64,000 nucleotides of DNA, from NCBI GenBank assembly GCA_013265495.1, contig MU058844.1, forward strand, positions 5,124,344 through 5,188,343. Reading direction: 5' to 3'. Every line of letters begins with the position of its first letter. Positions within the stretch are counted from its first letter, which is position 1. Made by a program: the position numbers and the translations under genes. Shown in pieces: positions 51,888 through 64,000 of the stretch. The notes beneath the pieces are model-generated. The model searched no databases and was not told the origin of the DNA. It was given only the letters and a program-made list of their open reading frames with translations. Origin of the DNA: Vicugna vicugna (taxonomy: Eukaryota).

Positions 51888-52458
51888 TGTCATGGACAGA
51901 GAGGGCATGTAGCCTGCCATAATCCCCATCTCATGGTATTCACACCTTTGTGTAATCCCATCCCTGTGCATGTGGGCAGGAACTGTGACTTTTTCCTAAT
52001 CAATAGACTATAGAAAAAAATGAGATGCCATTCCTTGTGATTACATTACATTATGTAGAACTCCATCTTACTAGCAGACTTACCCCAGACACTCTCTTCT
52101 ATCTGGCTTTGAAGAACCAAGAAGCTGTTCCTAGAGGTACACCTTGCAATAAAGTTAGGGTATCCTCCAGGAGACAGCCAGTAAGAAGCCAAGGTACTCA
52201 CATGTTAAACCTGCAAATAAATGGATTTTGTCAACAACTTAAGTAAGCTTAGAAGTGATTCTTCCCCAGTAGAGACTTCAGATGAGTATGTACACTGACC
52301 AGCATCTTGATAGCAGCCTTCTGAGACCTTTAAGTAGAGGACCCACCTTAATCACGTCCCCTAGACTTCTGACATACAGAAACTGTGAGATAATAAATTT
52401 ATGCTACTTTAAGCTAATAAGATCATTGTAATTTGTTATGCGGCAGGAGATAAACACA
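51888..52458 (+). mobile_element. MaLR LTR (MLT1E/F-like)
   Basis: ggtattcacacctttgtgtaatccc...gtgggcaggaactgtgact...acagaaactgtgagataataaat...gtaatttgttatgcggcag. Confidence 0.85.
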
Positions 52459-52844
52459 AGCTCCTTCACACCCACCTTGCTTCAGAACCCTTTCAATTAC
52501 CCGTGGATGTGCAAAGCTCTTCCAGCTTCAGCTACTATTCTTCAATAACTGGCCTTCTGCACTCTTGAGTACCTTTGACTATATTTATATTCTCAGCTTT
52601 GGCAGACACACACTTTTCTTCTCTCTGCTGATATAAAGTTTGCCTTAAAGCAATAGATGATTCCTCTCCAACTGCGGTATTTTGGGGTTCATGGGATACA
52701 TTTTCAGTTAGTTTTTACTTTTGATGTTGTCCATAAATTTTCGGGGGGGTCATGTTTTCCTTTTTACACTGTCTGTTCTACAAAGGGAATCAAAGAGATT
52801 AAAAAACTGTCACTTTGCCATCTTCCAAGAATTTCTTTAATGCA

Positions 52845-54250
52845 CACTTAAAATTTACTGGATCTTGCCAAATTGCTCTCCAGACTGGTGTACTCTCTAG
52901 ATCTATGGAAAACAGGTTAATTATTCACCATTCTTGGCAGCAGCAGGAATTGTCAGCTTTTAATTTTGTTTTAATTTCTTAAATGTAAGATAGTATCTAT
53001 CTAACTGTGTTAAGATTTTCATTTATTTTCCTACTGTATTTAGAATCTTTTAAAAATTTATGAACTTACCTTTCTTTTGGGCCATTTGCCTCTATTGATC
53101 TTAGTGATTATTCTATACATTTTGGAGATTAATGTTCTATTATTGTATTCATTGTAAATATCCTCGCTCAGTCTCCAGCTTCTATTTTGATGTTTAATAA
53201 TACATTTTATACAGAAATTGACTCACAGGCATAGAAAACAAGCTTATGGTTACCAAAGGGGGAAGAGGGGGGAAGGATAAATTAGGCATTTGGGATTAAC
53301 ATATATGAACTACTATAAGTAAAATAGATCAACAACAAGGACCTATTGTATAGCACAGGGAACTATATTCAATATCTCATAATAACCTTTAATGGAAAAT
53401 AATCTGATATGTATAACTGAATCATTTTGCTGTACACCTGAAACCAACACACCACTGTAAATTAACTATACTTCCAAAAAAATGTCTATAATACATTTTA
53501 TGCAGAAAAATTACTATGATAGTATTACTAAATTTATTCACTTCTCTCTTTTTAGATATGTCCTATTTCCACCTTGTTTAAGATTCCTTTCCTTGTCTGG
53601 ACTTAAATTCTTCCAAGGATTTTAAAGTTTCATTTTTCAAATTCAGATTATTAAATCAAAGTGGGATTGATACAGGTCCACAGTATGGGGCAGATCTTTC
53701 TTTTTTTTTTTTATTCCTTTATAATGTCACTTCATTCATACATCAAGTTTCCACAGTTGTTTGATTCAGTTTCTGAGAAAATAGTTTTCTTTCAATATGA
53801 ATAATATTGAGAAGATCTGATATTTTATATAAACGTAAGTTTCTTTATTTCTTTCCTACCCTTATTTATTTGAATTATCTTGCTTGTCTTAAATTACTGA
53901 ATTGGACACATTATATAATGTTGAATAGATGTAGTGATAGTGACAAAAATGTTTCATTCCTGAGTTAAAGGAGGATGATTTAAATATTTCAAAATCAAGT
54001 TTCAATTAAACTGTATCACACCATATCAATTACATTATAAAAGATGTTCTCAACTATTCCTAGTTGGTCAAGTGTTTTTTTCTCTAATCAAAAATAATCT
54101 TTTCTGCAGTTTTTCAAGTAATTATTTGATTGTATTTTTCAATTTATAATTTAGTAAATTCTCCTGATGGCTTTTGAAAATGGAGTTTAGTTATTCAAAC
54201 TTAGATTAATCTTAATCCAAGGTTTAATATGTAATATCACACATATTGGT
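52845..54250 (-). mobile_element. Ancient L1ME remnants
   Basis: tgccaaattgctctcca...taatgttgaatagatgtagtgatagtgaca...tcattcctgagttaaagga. Confidence 0.55.
53211..53482 (+). mobile_element. 5'-truncated lineage-specific L1 3' end with long TSD
   Basis: acagaaattgactcacaggcatagaaaacaagcttatggttaccaaagggg...ctatacttcc plus A tail; perfect TSD core ataatacattttat (53197-53210, 53488-53501). Confidence 0.92.
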
Positions 54251-54282
54251 ATTGGAGGCCTCATTTAAAAAAAAAACAAAAA

Positions 54283-54716
54283 AAAGCAGCTTTAGGTTCA
54301 CAGCACAGTTGAGAGGCAGTTACAGGGAGCTCTCGTGATACTCCCTACCCCAACACATGCACACCTTCCCTCACTATCAGCATTCCCCACCAGAGTGCCA
54401 CATCCGTCACAACCAATGAATCTACACTGACACATGATTATCGCCCAAAGTCCATAGTGTACTTTAGGGTTCAGTCTTGGTGTTGTACACTCTGTGGTCT
54501 TGGACAGATCTATGGGCCATGTAGCCACCACTGTAGTACCATACAGAATACATTCACTGCTCTAAAAGCCTCTGTGCTTTTGCCAATTCATCTCTGCTCC
54601 TTCCCTCCTCCACCCTCAACCCCCTGCAATCACTGATGTTTTTAGTGTCTGCACAGCTTTGTTTGTGTCTCCACAGCTTTGTTTTTTCATAACATCGAAG
54701 TTGGAATCATACAGTA
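54283..54716 (-). mobile_element. L1MB/MC-type 3' end
   Basis: agcagctttaggttcacagcacagttgag...ccaaagtccatagtgtactttagggttc; 20-bp tandem duplication at 54645-54684. Confidence 0.8.
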
Positions 54717-57235
54717 GACAACAAATTTTTTACTTAAAAAAAAAATCTGTTTATTGTTTATATATGTGAACTAGAATGTTAACGATACCTCACATTTATT
54801 TACCTACTTGTTCCTCCCCTTTGCTATTCCTCCACTACCTTCTCATCCCAGTGTCTTGGATATTGAAGAGGGAACTTTTAATATTGCTTGAAAAGTAGTA
54901 GATGTTTCGTGTTGGTTTAAAAGTAGTTTTACCATATATATGTTTGTTTAAATATGATATTGCTTTTTTTGATCTTTGTAAAAAAGGTCTACTTTATGTA
55001 AACTTCTGATATTTGCTTATTTAATTTAAAATACTGTTGTGAAATCTCTACCAATTACCTTTTGCTTTTTTCTTTTCTATTAGAAACGGTGCTATTATGA
55101 ACACTATTATGCTTACCTCAGTTACAGATGTGCAAGAATTTCTCCTGTAATATTCTTAATAATTGATTTGCTGATTTATAGGCTATGTGAATGTTTAGCT
55201 TTCCAAGATAATGCCAAATTGCTTCTGAAAGAGGATATTTTAATTCACATTCTAATATCTGGCATCATCAAACTTCATTTTTACTAATAAAAATGTATGC
55301 AATTAAAAAACTTTTAAAACAATGTTTAAAATGATTGTTTTCTATGGCCTTCATTTGAGACATCCAAAGTAATTACAAGAGTAATTAATCAGTTAATTTC
55401 CTTCTCTCATCATGACATAAATATAGACACATATATATATATCGAGACCAGTCTCATACATGATCACTTCAGGATTTTTTATGTTAAAATTCACTCCCTT
55501 GAGCTAAGTTTGAAATTTCAATTATTACATGAGTCCAGTGGGCAGCACAGAGTAAGTGATGTCACTAAAAATTTTTAGTCATGTCAGTTGCCATCCTTAC
55601 TACATTTTCCAGTTTTTTTTTTTTTTTCTGTCTAGGAGCAGTAACTAGGGACCAGATTGATTATAATATTTTAATAATTTGTCTAAGGCAACATAGTATG
55701 TGGCAGAAAGATTTGTTGTAATGAACGGCTAACATTCTTTGGAATTTGCCAGTGAAATCCTTCTAAACCAGGAACTTTTAAACTGTCCCAAAGAGTAAAT
55801 TTCTCAGTAAGAATTTGTTTTTCACTGTTCAAAAACTGTTTATTTGTTTTTTATCATTTGCCAAAACAGTACTTTGTTTTGGACTTTGAGGATTGAAAGG
55901 CTATTTAGTTTAAATGTTCAGTAATGGCCAATCTCAAGAAATCACTTATTAAGTAGAAATTCATATTGTCTTATACAATGTAAAGTTAGGAAAACTTATG
56001 GAAAATGTTTTATTAAAATTTCAAAATAACATATAAACACATTAAACATTTCAAATAATCCCACAGGGAAAAAAATGGATAAAATATTTTATGACTATTT
56101 TTTCTAGGTATTTTTTCTTCACAGAGTGATTTGGAATTTGATTTTTGTTTCATATAAATCTGCATTAGTACATTGGTTTCAGAGTTTGAGGGTTTTTTTT
56201 ATCCTTTCCTCTCTGCTTTTCCAGTAATAGATCAATAGTTTCTTAGAGGAATTGTGAAACTTATTTTATAAAATGCACATCAATTTGCTCCCCAGTTTAG
56301 TTTTGTCTTATAGCCTTAGGCTAACTTAATATGAAAGGAGAAAACTTGATTATTTAATATTGAGGGTCTGTTATAATAGGTATAATTATGGGACATCAAG
56401 TCTTGTTTACCTGTCATTTACTTCAGAAATCACAGACATTTTTCTAAAAATGCAATAATTTCATAGAACATTAAAGTGGAAATAAATTATAAAGTTGATT
56501 TAATATAGATAACTTTATAAATAACATGTTTTCATCCAAAATGCAACTGCTTCAAGGGTTTAAAACATTGGTCAATGCCCCTATTTTGTCTTTATTTCTT
56601 AGGATTCTTTCTTTTTCACATTGAAAATAAAAGAACCAATATGATGCTGAGTTGAAATGTTTCATATTTGAATTCTGATTTAATATTGAGTCCTTTTGTT
56701 CATGAACAAAATTGTACTTTTTGTTTACTTTTGTCATATTTACGGATATATTAATTTTGTAAGACATTTATAGGATTTATGAAAAAGAACAGATCCACAT
56801 GATTAAATATTTATTGGAAATACTGGAAAAAATTATTGTTGTTTAATGTAGTTCTTTATTGTCATATATTTCAAAATTTTGATTTAACCGATATACATAT
56901 TGACCTTCCAAAAGTATGCATTATTATTTAAGATGACAATGATCTGAAACTTGAGGGTTTTTTTGTTTTAATCTCATCTACTTTGTATTATTCTCTACTG
57001 GATATATATTTCCAATTTTCCTACGTGGATTTCACCATCTCCTATCCTTAGGTTGGTTTATAAATTTTTGTATTATCTTAAAATGATAGGCTGTGTATAT
57101 TGTTAAAGATGCATAATGTTAGTTACATGTTTATTCTGAGAACAAAGATATTTATGAAAAGGAATATTAAAAATAGATGAAGTAGTCCTTTTTTGATTAC
57201 ATATTTGTCAGTTTAATATTTGTTTTTAAAATACA

Positions 57236-58945
57236 TTTTTAATTTTAGAACAGTTTTAGATATACAGGAAATGTTCAATGATAGTATAGAGAATTATTAA
57301 CATATGTGTATGGTATATTTGTTAGAATTAATGAGCTAGTATTAATACATTATTACTAACTAAAGTCCATACTTAGTTTGTTTTTTTTTTTTATAGTTTT
57401 GAGCTAATGTCCTTTATCTGTTTCAGGGTCTCATGTAGTATATCCACATTTATTAGTCATGTCCTCTTAGGCATCTTTTGGCTATGACAATTTCTGACTT
57501 TCTTTGTTTTTGATGACCTTCCAAGTTTTGAGGAATAATGGTCAGGTATTTTTTAGAATGTTCCCCAGTTAGACAAGATCAGGGTGGTGGGTGGTCTTGT
57601 TGCCACTGAGGCTACTTTGTTTTTAGTTCCTCTCAGCTGACCCAGAAAGGAAATATATGTGTGTATACTAACTAGTATATATACACAGATCTATAAATAT
57701 TTCTATATGTAACCATGTAATAAGGAAGAACAAATCTGACTTCATACTAGATTTATTCCTTTAGCTCTAACCCTCTGCTCTGTTTCCTCTGCTTTGTCAT
57801 ACTGGTTCTTTACCTTTTGTAAAAGAATGCTGCTTATAGCCTGAAATATACAGGCTCATTCTCAAGGTTCTGAACTTTAAGGGTGTAACACTGTTCCATT
57901 CACATAAACATAAAAAGTTGCAGAACAGAGAATAACATTTGTCTTATTTACAAGAACATCATGACCTGACCTATGTGAACAGCTGTAAGAACAAAGGACT
58001 TGCACACCAAGATGTTTATAACAAATAACTACATCCCTTCCCCATTTAGTATAAAAGGTGTCTGAATTCTAACTTGGGTAAGATGATTCTCCAACATTAG
58101 CCTGCCATCTTCTCATTCTGCTGGCTTTCTGAATAAACTCATTCTTCCTTACCCCAACACCTTATCTCTGATTTATTGGCCTGTCATGCAGCAAGCAGAA
58201 TGAGTTTGGACTCAGTAACAACTATTTGTATCTGTATTAAGCTAAACACAATTTAATTGTGAGGTCTCCAACTTAACTCCACTACCACATGAATCATTCT
58301 AGCCTCTTGCTTATCTAAAAATCCACACTCTATGAGACATCTTACTTCCACCATCCACCACCCATTTACTTAATTGTTTAAATCTGATATACATGGATAG
58401 CAGAATCAGAACTGTTAACCCCATACACCATGGGAAACAAATATAACTACAATGATTATGTGAAGTTTTTCTTATTGGTGGTGGCTGTTTTGTTTGTTTG
58501 TTTTTATCTTTAGCTTTATAGATTCCACCCATTTCATCAATACCTAGAGCAGTGCATATGTCCCCTACCTACTTCAGTGAAGTTATTTCATACATTTATA
58601 ACACAGTTAGATTGATGAGTCACATTCTTCATTCTATCCTGGAATCCTCCAATGTCAAAAATGATTTTTTAAATTTGTATACATTAAGGTTCATGTTTTA
58701 TGCTGTAAAGTTCTATGTGTATAGACAAATGCATATACAGCCATGTAACCACTATTATAATATCATAAAGGGTAGTATCACTACCCCAAAAAAATTCCTG
58801 AACCTCACTTATTAAAACTTTCCTTCCTTGCCCCAAATCCTTGACAACCACTGACCTTTCATCATCTATATGCTTTTACTTTTTCCACAATTTTTTATTC
58901 TAGTTGGAATCATGTATTATGTAGCACTCTTAGTCCTGCTTATCT
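57236..58945 (-). mobile_element. L1MC/MD-type 3' end, split by an LTR
   Basis: ttttagaacagttttagatatacagga...gatgaccttccaagttttgagga...ggtcaggtatttt...acaaccactgacct...agttggaatcat. Confidence 0.75.
57716..58220 (+). mobile_element. ERV1-class solo LTR (MER34/MER39-like)
   Basis: tgtaa...gtaaca termini, TSD acca/acta, gtataaaa ~58049, aataaa ~58132. Confidence 0.85.
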
Positions 58946-61900
58946 GTAATATGACCTGATTTTGAAGTGTTAAATAGAAGACGTGAAATTTTTCCTTTTG
59001 ATTTGGTCTGTTATTTTAAACAGGCATTTCTAATTTTTCTATTCATCTAAGATCTATTTTATTATGTACTTTTCCCTTGTTCATAAATTTCGAGGATGCT
59101 TTAAATACATGAATGAGGAAGTGAAATAGTGGTATAGCTTACTTGTAATGTAAGATATTTGAAAAGATAGTGAGCATAAACTGATGAGAATGAAGTGTTG
59201 GAATGGCGTGAAATGGACTGGTACGAAATAAAATTGGCATAGGGAGGAGTGAGAGCCACCCTGAGTCCCAGAAAGGAAGTGAAGCATGATGGAAGTTGAT
59301 GGAAGGTAATGGAGAAAAGAAGGGCATTAGCCTAACATTACCAAGGTGATTACCACACTCTGGTGCAAAATCATTCAGTGGAAACTCTTTTCTCCATCTA
59401 TTTCAATTTTCCATGCAATTGGTCATCTGACAGCTATAGTATAGCTTACCAAGTTCCGTACTAAAGAGGGTTTTCAGAATGATTTCAAACGCATATTAGT
59501 AAGGGTCAAGGAACAAGAAATTAACATTGCTTTGCTATTAATTTGTAAGAATGATGGTCAAGCATACACAATCTCTACTTAAAACAAATTTAAGGCTGTT
59601 TCTTTACTCGTATGGGGGCCTATGTCCAGAATTGGGATTATATCTGGAGTCCTCTATCTAAATAGTTTTCAGTAAAGTCCTCAATTCTCAGTGAAAACTA
59701 ATTACTTACAAGGTAGCCTCAATTTTGTAAAAATCCATGAAATTGTGGAAGCTGCTTCTAAGTAAGGACAACTGATAGACTGTTTTTGTAGAAGGACTGG
59801 ATTTACCTTTCACATAATATCTTTGATGAAGTGTGAAGTTATACAAAGAGCTTTGTACACTAAGGCCATAGACAATAACTGTGCCTCATTACCCCTAGAA
59901 TGGGCCACATACAATGAATAATTACTTAGGCTATGAATACTGTCATCCACTATTTGGTACATTGTTAGATCAAATGATACTTTAAAAGGATGCTTTCAGA
60001 CTAATATTGATAAAACTCCAGTTCTTATATTCTATAGGATTTTTGGCAGGACCACAGGTATATACACTTTTAATAGTCTATCTCAGTCTATCTTACTTGG
60101 AAATGTCTCTTTACGTGGAAATAATCTTCAAGAGGGAGGATAGGAAGGGCCTAAATATAAATTAATTTTAAAAAAGTTTCCAAAGTGAGTGTTCAATTTT
60201 AGTCACAGAGGCGACAAAAGGTTTTTGAATTATTAAAGTTTTCCCCCTTTCCTAGTCTTCTGAAAACTGCATGGACTACAGCAGACAATGTCAACTTTTA
60301 ATAGTGGAGAATCTTGATGTGTTTGGTTAGTAACTCTGCTGCCTTGAGCCTGACTGTAGGATTATTTACTACCTAACTTAAGCATATTGGAATGGAGAGA
60401 TATGCATAAAAATATTAAATTGCATATAACAATGTTAACAGCTGTTGAAGAAAATGCTGGAAGCTTCATATTTGTGCATAGAAAATATACACATTATTGA
60501 AATCCAGAGAAATTTAACAAACTGTATTTGGCCATTGAGTTTACAAACTATTTTTTCCTAGGTTCCAGAAAAAAATTGGAGAAAAATATTATACACTATC
60601 CCCAAAATAATAAATATTTTTAGTTATTTCAAAATTAATACATAGCCACTGAAGAAAACTTAAAAGGTACAAAGAAACGAAAAAAAAATTTACAAATTTT
60701 ACCAGTTAGAGCCAAAATTTTATAATATTCACTTATTACAAGAATTAAATCTTACGGAGTATACCTAAGTTATTTCTTTGTAAATTTAGGAGAATATCCA
60801 TAGTGAACTAATATATTGTGGGACTGTACAAGAAATACGTGTATGCTTCTACTTAGTGCCTTTTTCCTGAGCAAATTTTACTCAAACTTGGTTCTTGGGC
60901 TGAGAGAGAAGCCTCAGAAGTTATGCAATGACTGAATATACCTATTTCATGAGAATGCTATAGACACTTACCACTCCAGAGGTATATGTTTGTATTTCAA
61001 GTGGGGATGACCTCTGAAACTATGTGGACATCCCCTAGGTTGTAAAACTAGACATACTGGTCTCATCTTTCCAAGGTTAATAACCTAGGATCCTTCCCAA
61101 GCTAATTTGTTTTCACTAGGGAGCAAAAGGTTTCTCTCCCTTTTTTCCCCTAAATATGGTTTGTATGAAGGAATGGATTTTATATATCTGAATAAAAAAA
61201 TGATAAAGGTGTATAAAATAAAAATAAAGTCTATCTATCTTGACAAATCCACATGGCATTTGTCTTTACTGAAAGAGCAAAAGTGTTTTTACTATATATT
61301 ATATTGGAAGTAATCTGAATGAAACTAGTAAAAGTCAAATATATATTAATGGCACTGCTCTTATGTTATTCTTATTAACATTCTCATTAATTATAGAGAA
61401 TACCGGATTTCATAATATTCAGAGTTGCACACATTTGGAATGTAAACTTGCATAAACTATGCTAAAATAATAGCTTTACTTTATTTAGGGAAGCTAGTCC
61501 TCACAAAATAACATATTAGAGTATTTTCAAAAATGCCTGTGATTCTCATATGAAGACAATTTAATACATTTCACAGGTTATATGACTTTTTGCAATGTAT
61601 TAAAAAGCACACACATTAAAAATGGCATTTAAATGGTGCATAGCATAAATGAGTTTTACTCCAGTTGCTCTGTTTGTTTTTTTAATGGCATTAATATTTA
61701 TTAGTTCATCTAGCCTATATTTTATATTTCTCAAGTGATATGAAAAGTCTTTAATTTTCCTTTGAAGTTTGGAAAGAGACAATTAAAAACCACAGGAACC
61801 AAGTACCTTGTTCTCCAAGAATATTAAAGAAGGACTATAATTTGACAAGTAAAGAAGCCTGGTTAAGGACATCCTACAGATTTGATTAAACCTTTCAAGA

Positions 61901-64000
61901 TTAAATCTGGTCTTGTCTCTTTATGAAATTGGCATTGAAGAGAGAGCTACCATTTTCTACATTATGTTTTTACAAAGATTTATATAAGTATATGCTATTC
62001 AAATACTGTCATACAATAATACATCTCGGATTAGGGAAAAAAAATTGCACTGTGGAGCTTGTGGGGAAAATATTATCTGGGTAATATAATTAATGGCCTG
62101 TCCAGAGATCAGGGATCAGGATACATGCTGATATTTCAATTCCAAATACTCTGTATGAAAGATGGACTGCTCAATATATCTTTCATGTAAGAAGTTTATG
62201 AGGTTTCCTTAATAACTTATCAGGTCGTATAAGACCTTACTGTGTGAAATATCTAGCAATACGTCATTTCAGATATACAACCATGGCCGTGCAGCGCAGT
62301 GTAGCTAGAGAATGAGGTGTGATAGCTCTGTTACACCATGTAGTGTTCAATAGTCAAACTAATGAAATTTATCTAAAGGATTGAACTCAATTAGATACAT
62401 CATAAGCCATCTTCCAAAGCAATCAACTCATGACATTATTATAATTATGCAACTATAATATCAAATTATTGAAAACTCAGTTTGTGTATCCAACCGAAAC
62501 TTTATGTAATAAGATCTGCTTCAGTTTATAAATTCACGATCCCTCTGGTAAAAGGTCACTAACATTGACCTTCTAACAGTAGACTATGCATCTTATTCTT
62601 CCTTCTTATTCAAATAGTAACCAATTTTCACTGCTTATTTGTAATCTTTCAAATAACAGAACTGGACATATTCTCATATATGTGTCTCATGTCAGATTCC
62701 CATTCTTCACTTCCTCTCTGCCACTGTCCTTAACCCAAGGTACCCTGTCGATCAGACAGTATTCTTTACAATGATGCTATATTACATCCTGCCCTAGCAC
62801 CTACGTGCATATTTTCCCTCCTCTGAATACCAATTCTGACTTGTGTCTTTTTTCAATTAAAACAAGAATTGTGGCACATATATTTGAAAAGGTGATGAGA
62901 AATGAACAGACTGCAAAATGAGTTAGACTTGGGAGAACAGAGAAAAGATCAACTAAAATTCATATTGTCAAGAAAGCTGTTAAATATTCAAAGCATCTTA
63001 CAGATTTCCATGTTGCCATTTGTTTGCAGGGAAAGAAGTTACATAACAAATAGGTAGTAAAAGTAAAATTATTAAGATTCATTTAAATCTACCACAATTA
63101 GAAGAAAAGGAAGGAAAATTAGACTTTGATAATTTACAAAAAAACAATCAAGAAAGATCTTTGTGTAGTCATCTGAGAAAAAAGGGTAATTCAAAATTTG
63201 AAGAGCTGAATGGCAGTACACAGGTATGAAAACTGCTTGATTCAGTGGAAACTGGAGAAATGTATAGAGAATAAAACTGAAGGGTGAAACTAAAACAAAT
63301 TCATATATGTTGGATGTTGCACCAAATAAGGGGGGATGGCTCTTATTTACATTTTCATAATATAGCCACTATAGAGTTTTCTACAAATGCTGGAGCTCTC
63401 CTCATTGATATATTTTAATACACCTGTGATAACGACTTGTTTTATTAGTATACAAATTTACGTTGGTAGGGTATGTCTGAGCCTGTTACACATGACAAAC
63501 ACTGAAATTAGTAGCCTCCTAAGATTTTGATGAGATTCTTTCATATTATTGCCTTGTATCTTTATTTAATCTAAGCCACTATCATAAATTCATCTTGATC
63601 CAGTGTTGTGATATTTCTCCCCCCTTCTAATTACTCTTAGAATACACATAATCTGAAGGTTTTACCACCCTTCTTCAAGGTGACTGTCAAAAGTTAAGTC
63701 TTTATTGAATATTCAAGTATGGAGAGGCTAACCTCCATAAACAGAGAAGGAAAGCTTGCTTTTGTTGACAAAGCTGACTCAGTGTCTTTTGAAAGTTCAA
63801 ATTATTTAGTCATTATAATATTCACAAATACTCTCATTCCAATTTTCAGGCTCTGTTTTCTCTAAAAAAAAGGTCCTTATTTTCAAATAAGAGACTGAGC
63901 AATGCTTTGCATTCAACATGTGCTATAATTCTGCAAATTGCAATATCAAACTTTGAGTCTGGCTTTTAGATAATGTTCCTGTGATTACAGTAGATAAAGA

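Noticed and set aside
58950..64000. Largely unique terminal 5 kb scanned for exons, pseudogenes or NUMT
   Set aside because: Only short chance ORFs and faint MIR/L2/hAT-like traces; nothing supportable.

Overview
AT-rich, CpG-depleted mammalian nuclear DNA, most likely from a camelid (alpaca/camel lineage). That call rests on a tRNA-derived SINE at 42057-42184 that resembles Vic-1, artiodactyl-type L1 3' ends, and no visible ruminant (Bov-A/Bov-B), pig (PRE1) or primate (Alu) repeats. The window looks intergenic or deep intronic. I found no credible host protein-coding exon, RNA gene, CpG island or CRISPR-like array, and the ORF track is mostly chance ORFs plus decayed L1 fragments. A large part of the window is layered transposon debris: three lineage-specific L1s with 5' UTRs, several truncated L1 pieces, about seven ERV1-type solo LTRs (several with 4-bp TSDs), many MaLR (MLT1) LTRs, an ancient ERV-L provirus remnant with readable gag motifs, MER58A and MER44 DNA transposons, and MIR/L2 relics. 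The most notable structures are an L1 lacking its whole RT region at a microhomology junction, a 5'UTR/inverted-ORF2/3'-ORF2 chimeric L1, and two same-family solo LTRs that mimic a provirus. I did not find evidence for a novel multi-gene biological system. Repeat family names come from recalled consensus sequences, not a database search, so subfamily labels and old-repeat boundaries are approximate.
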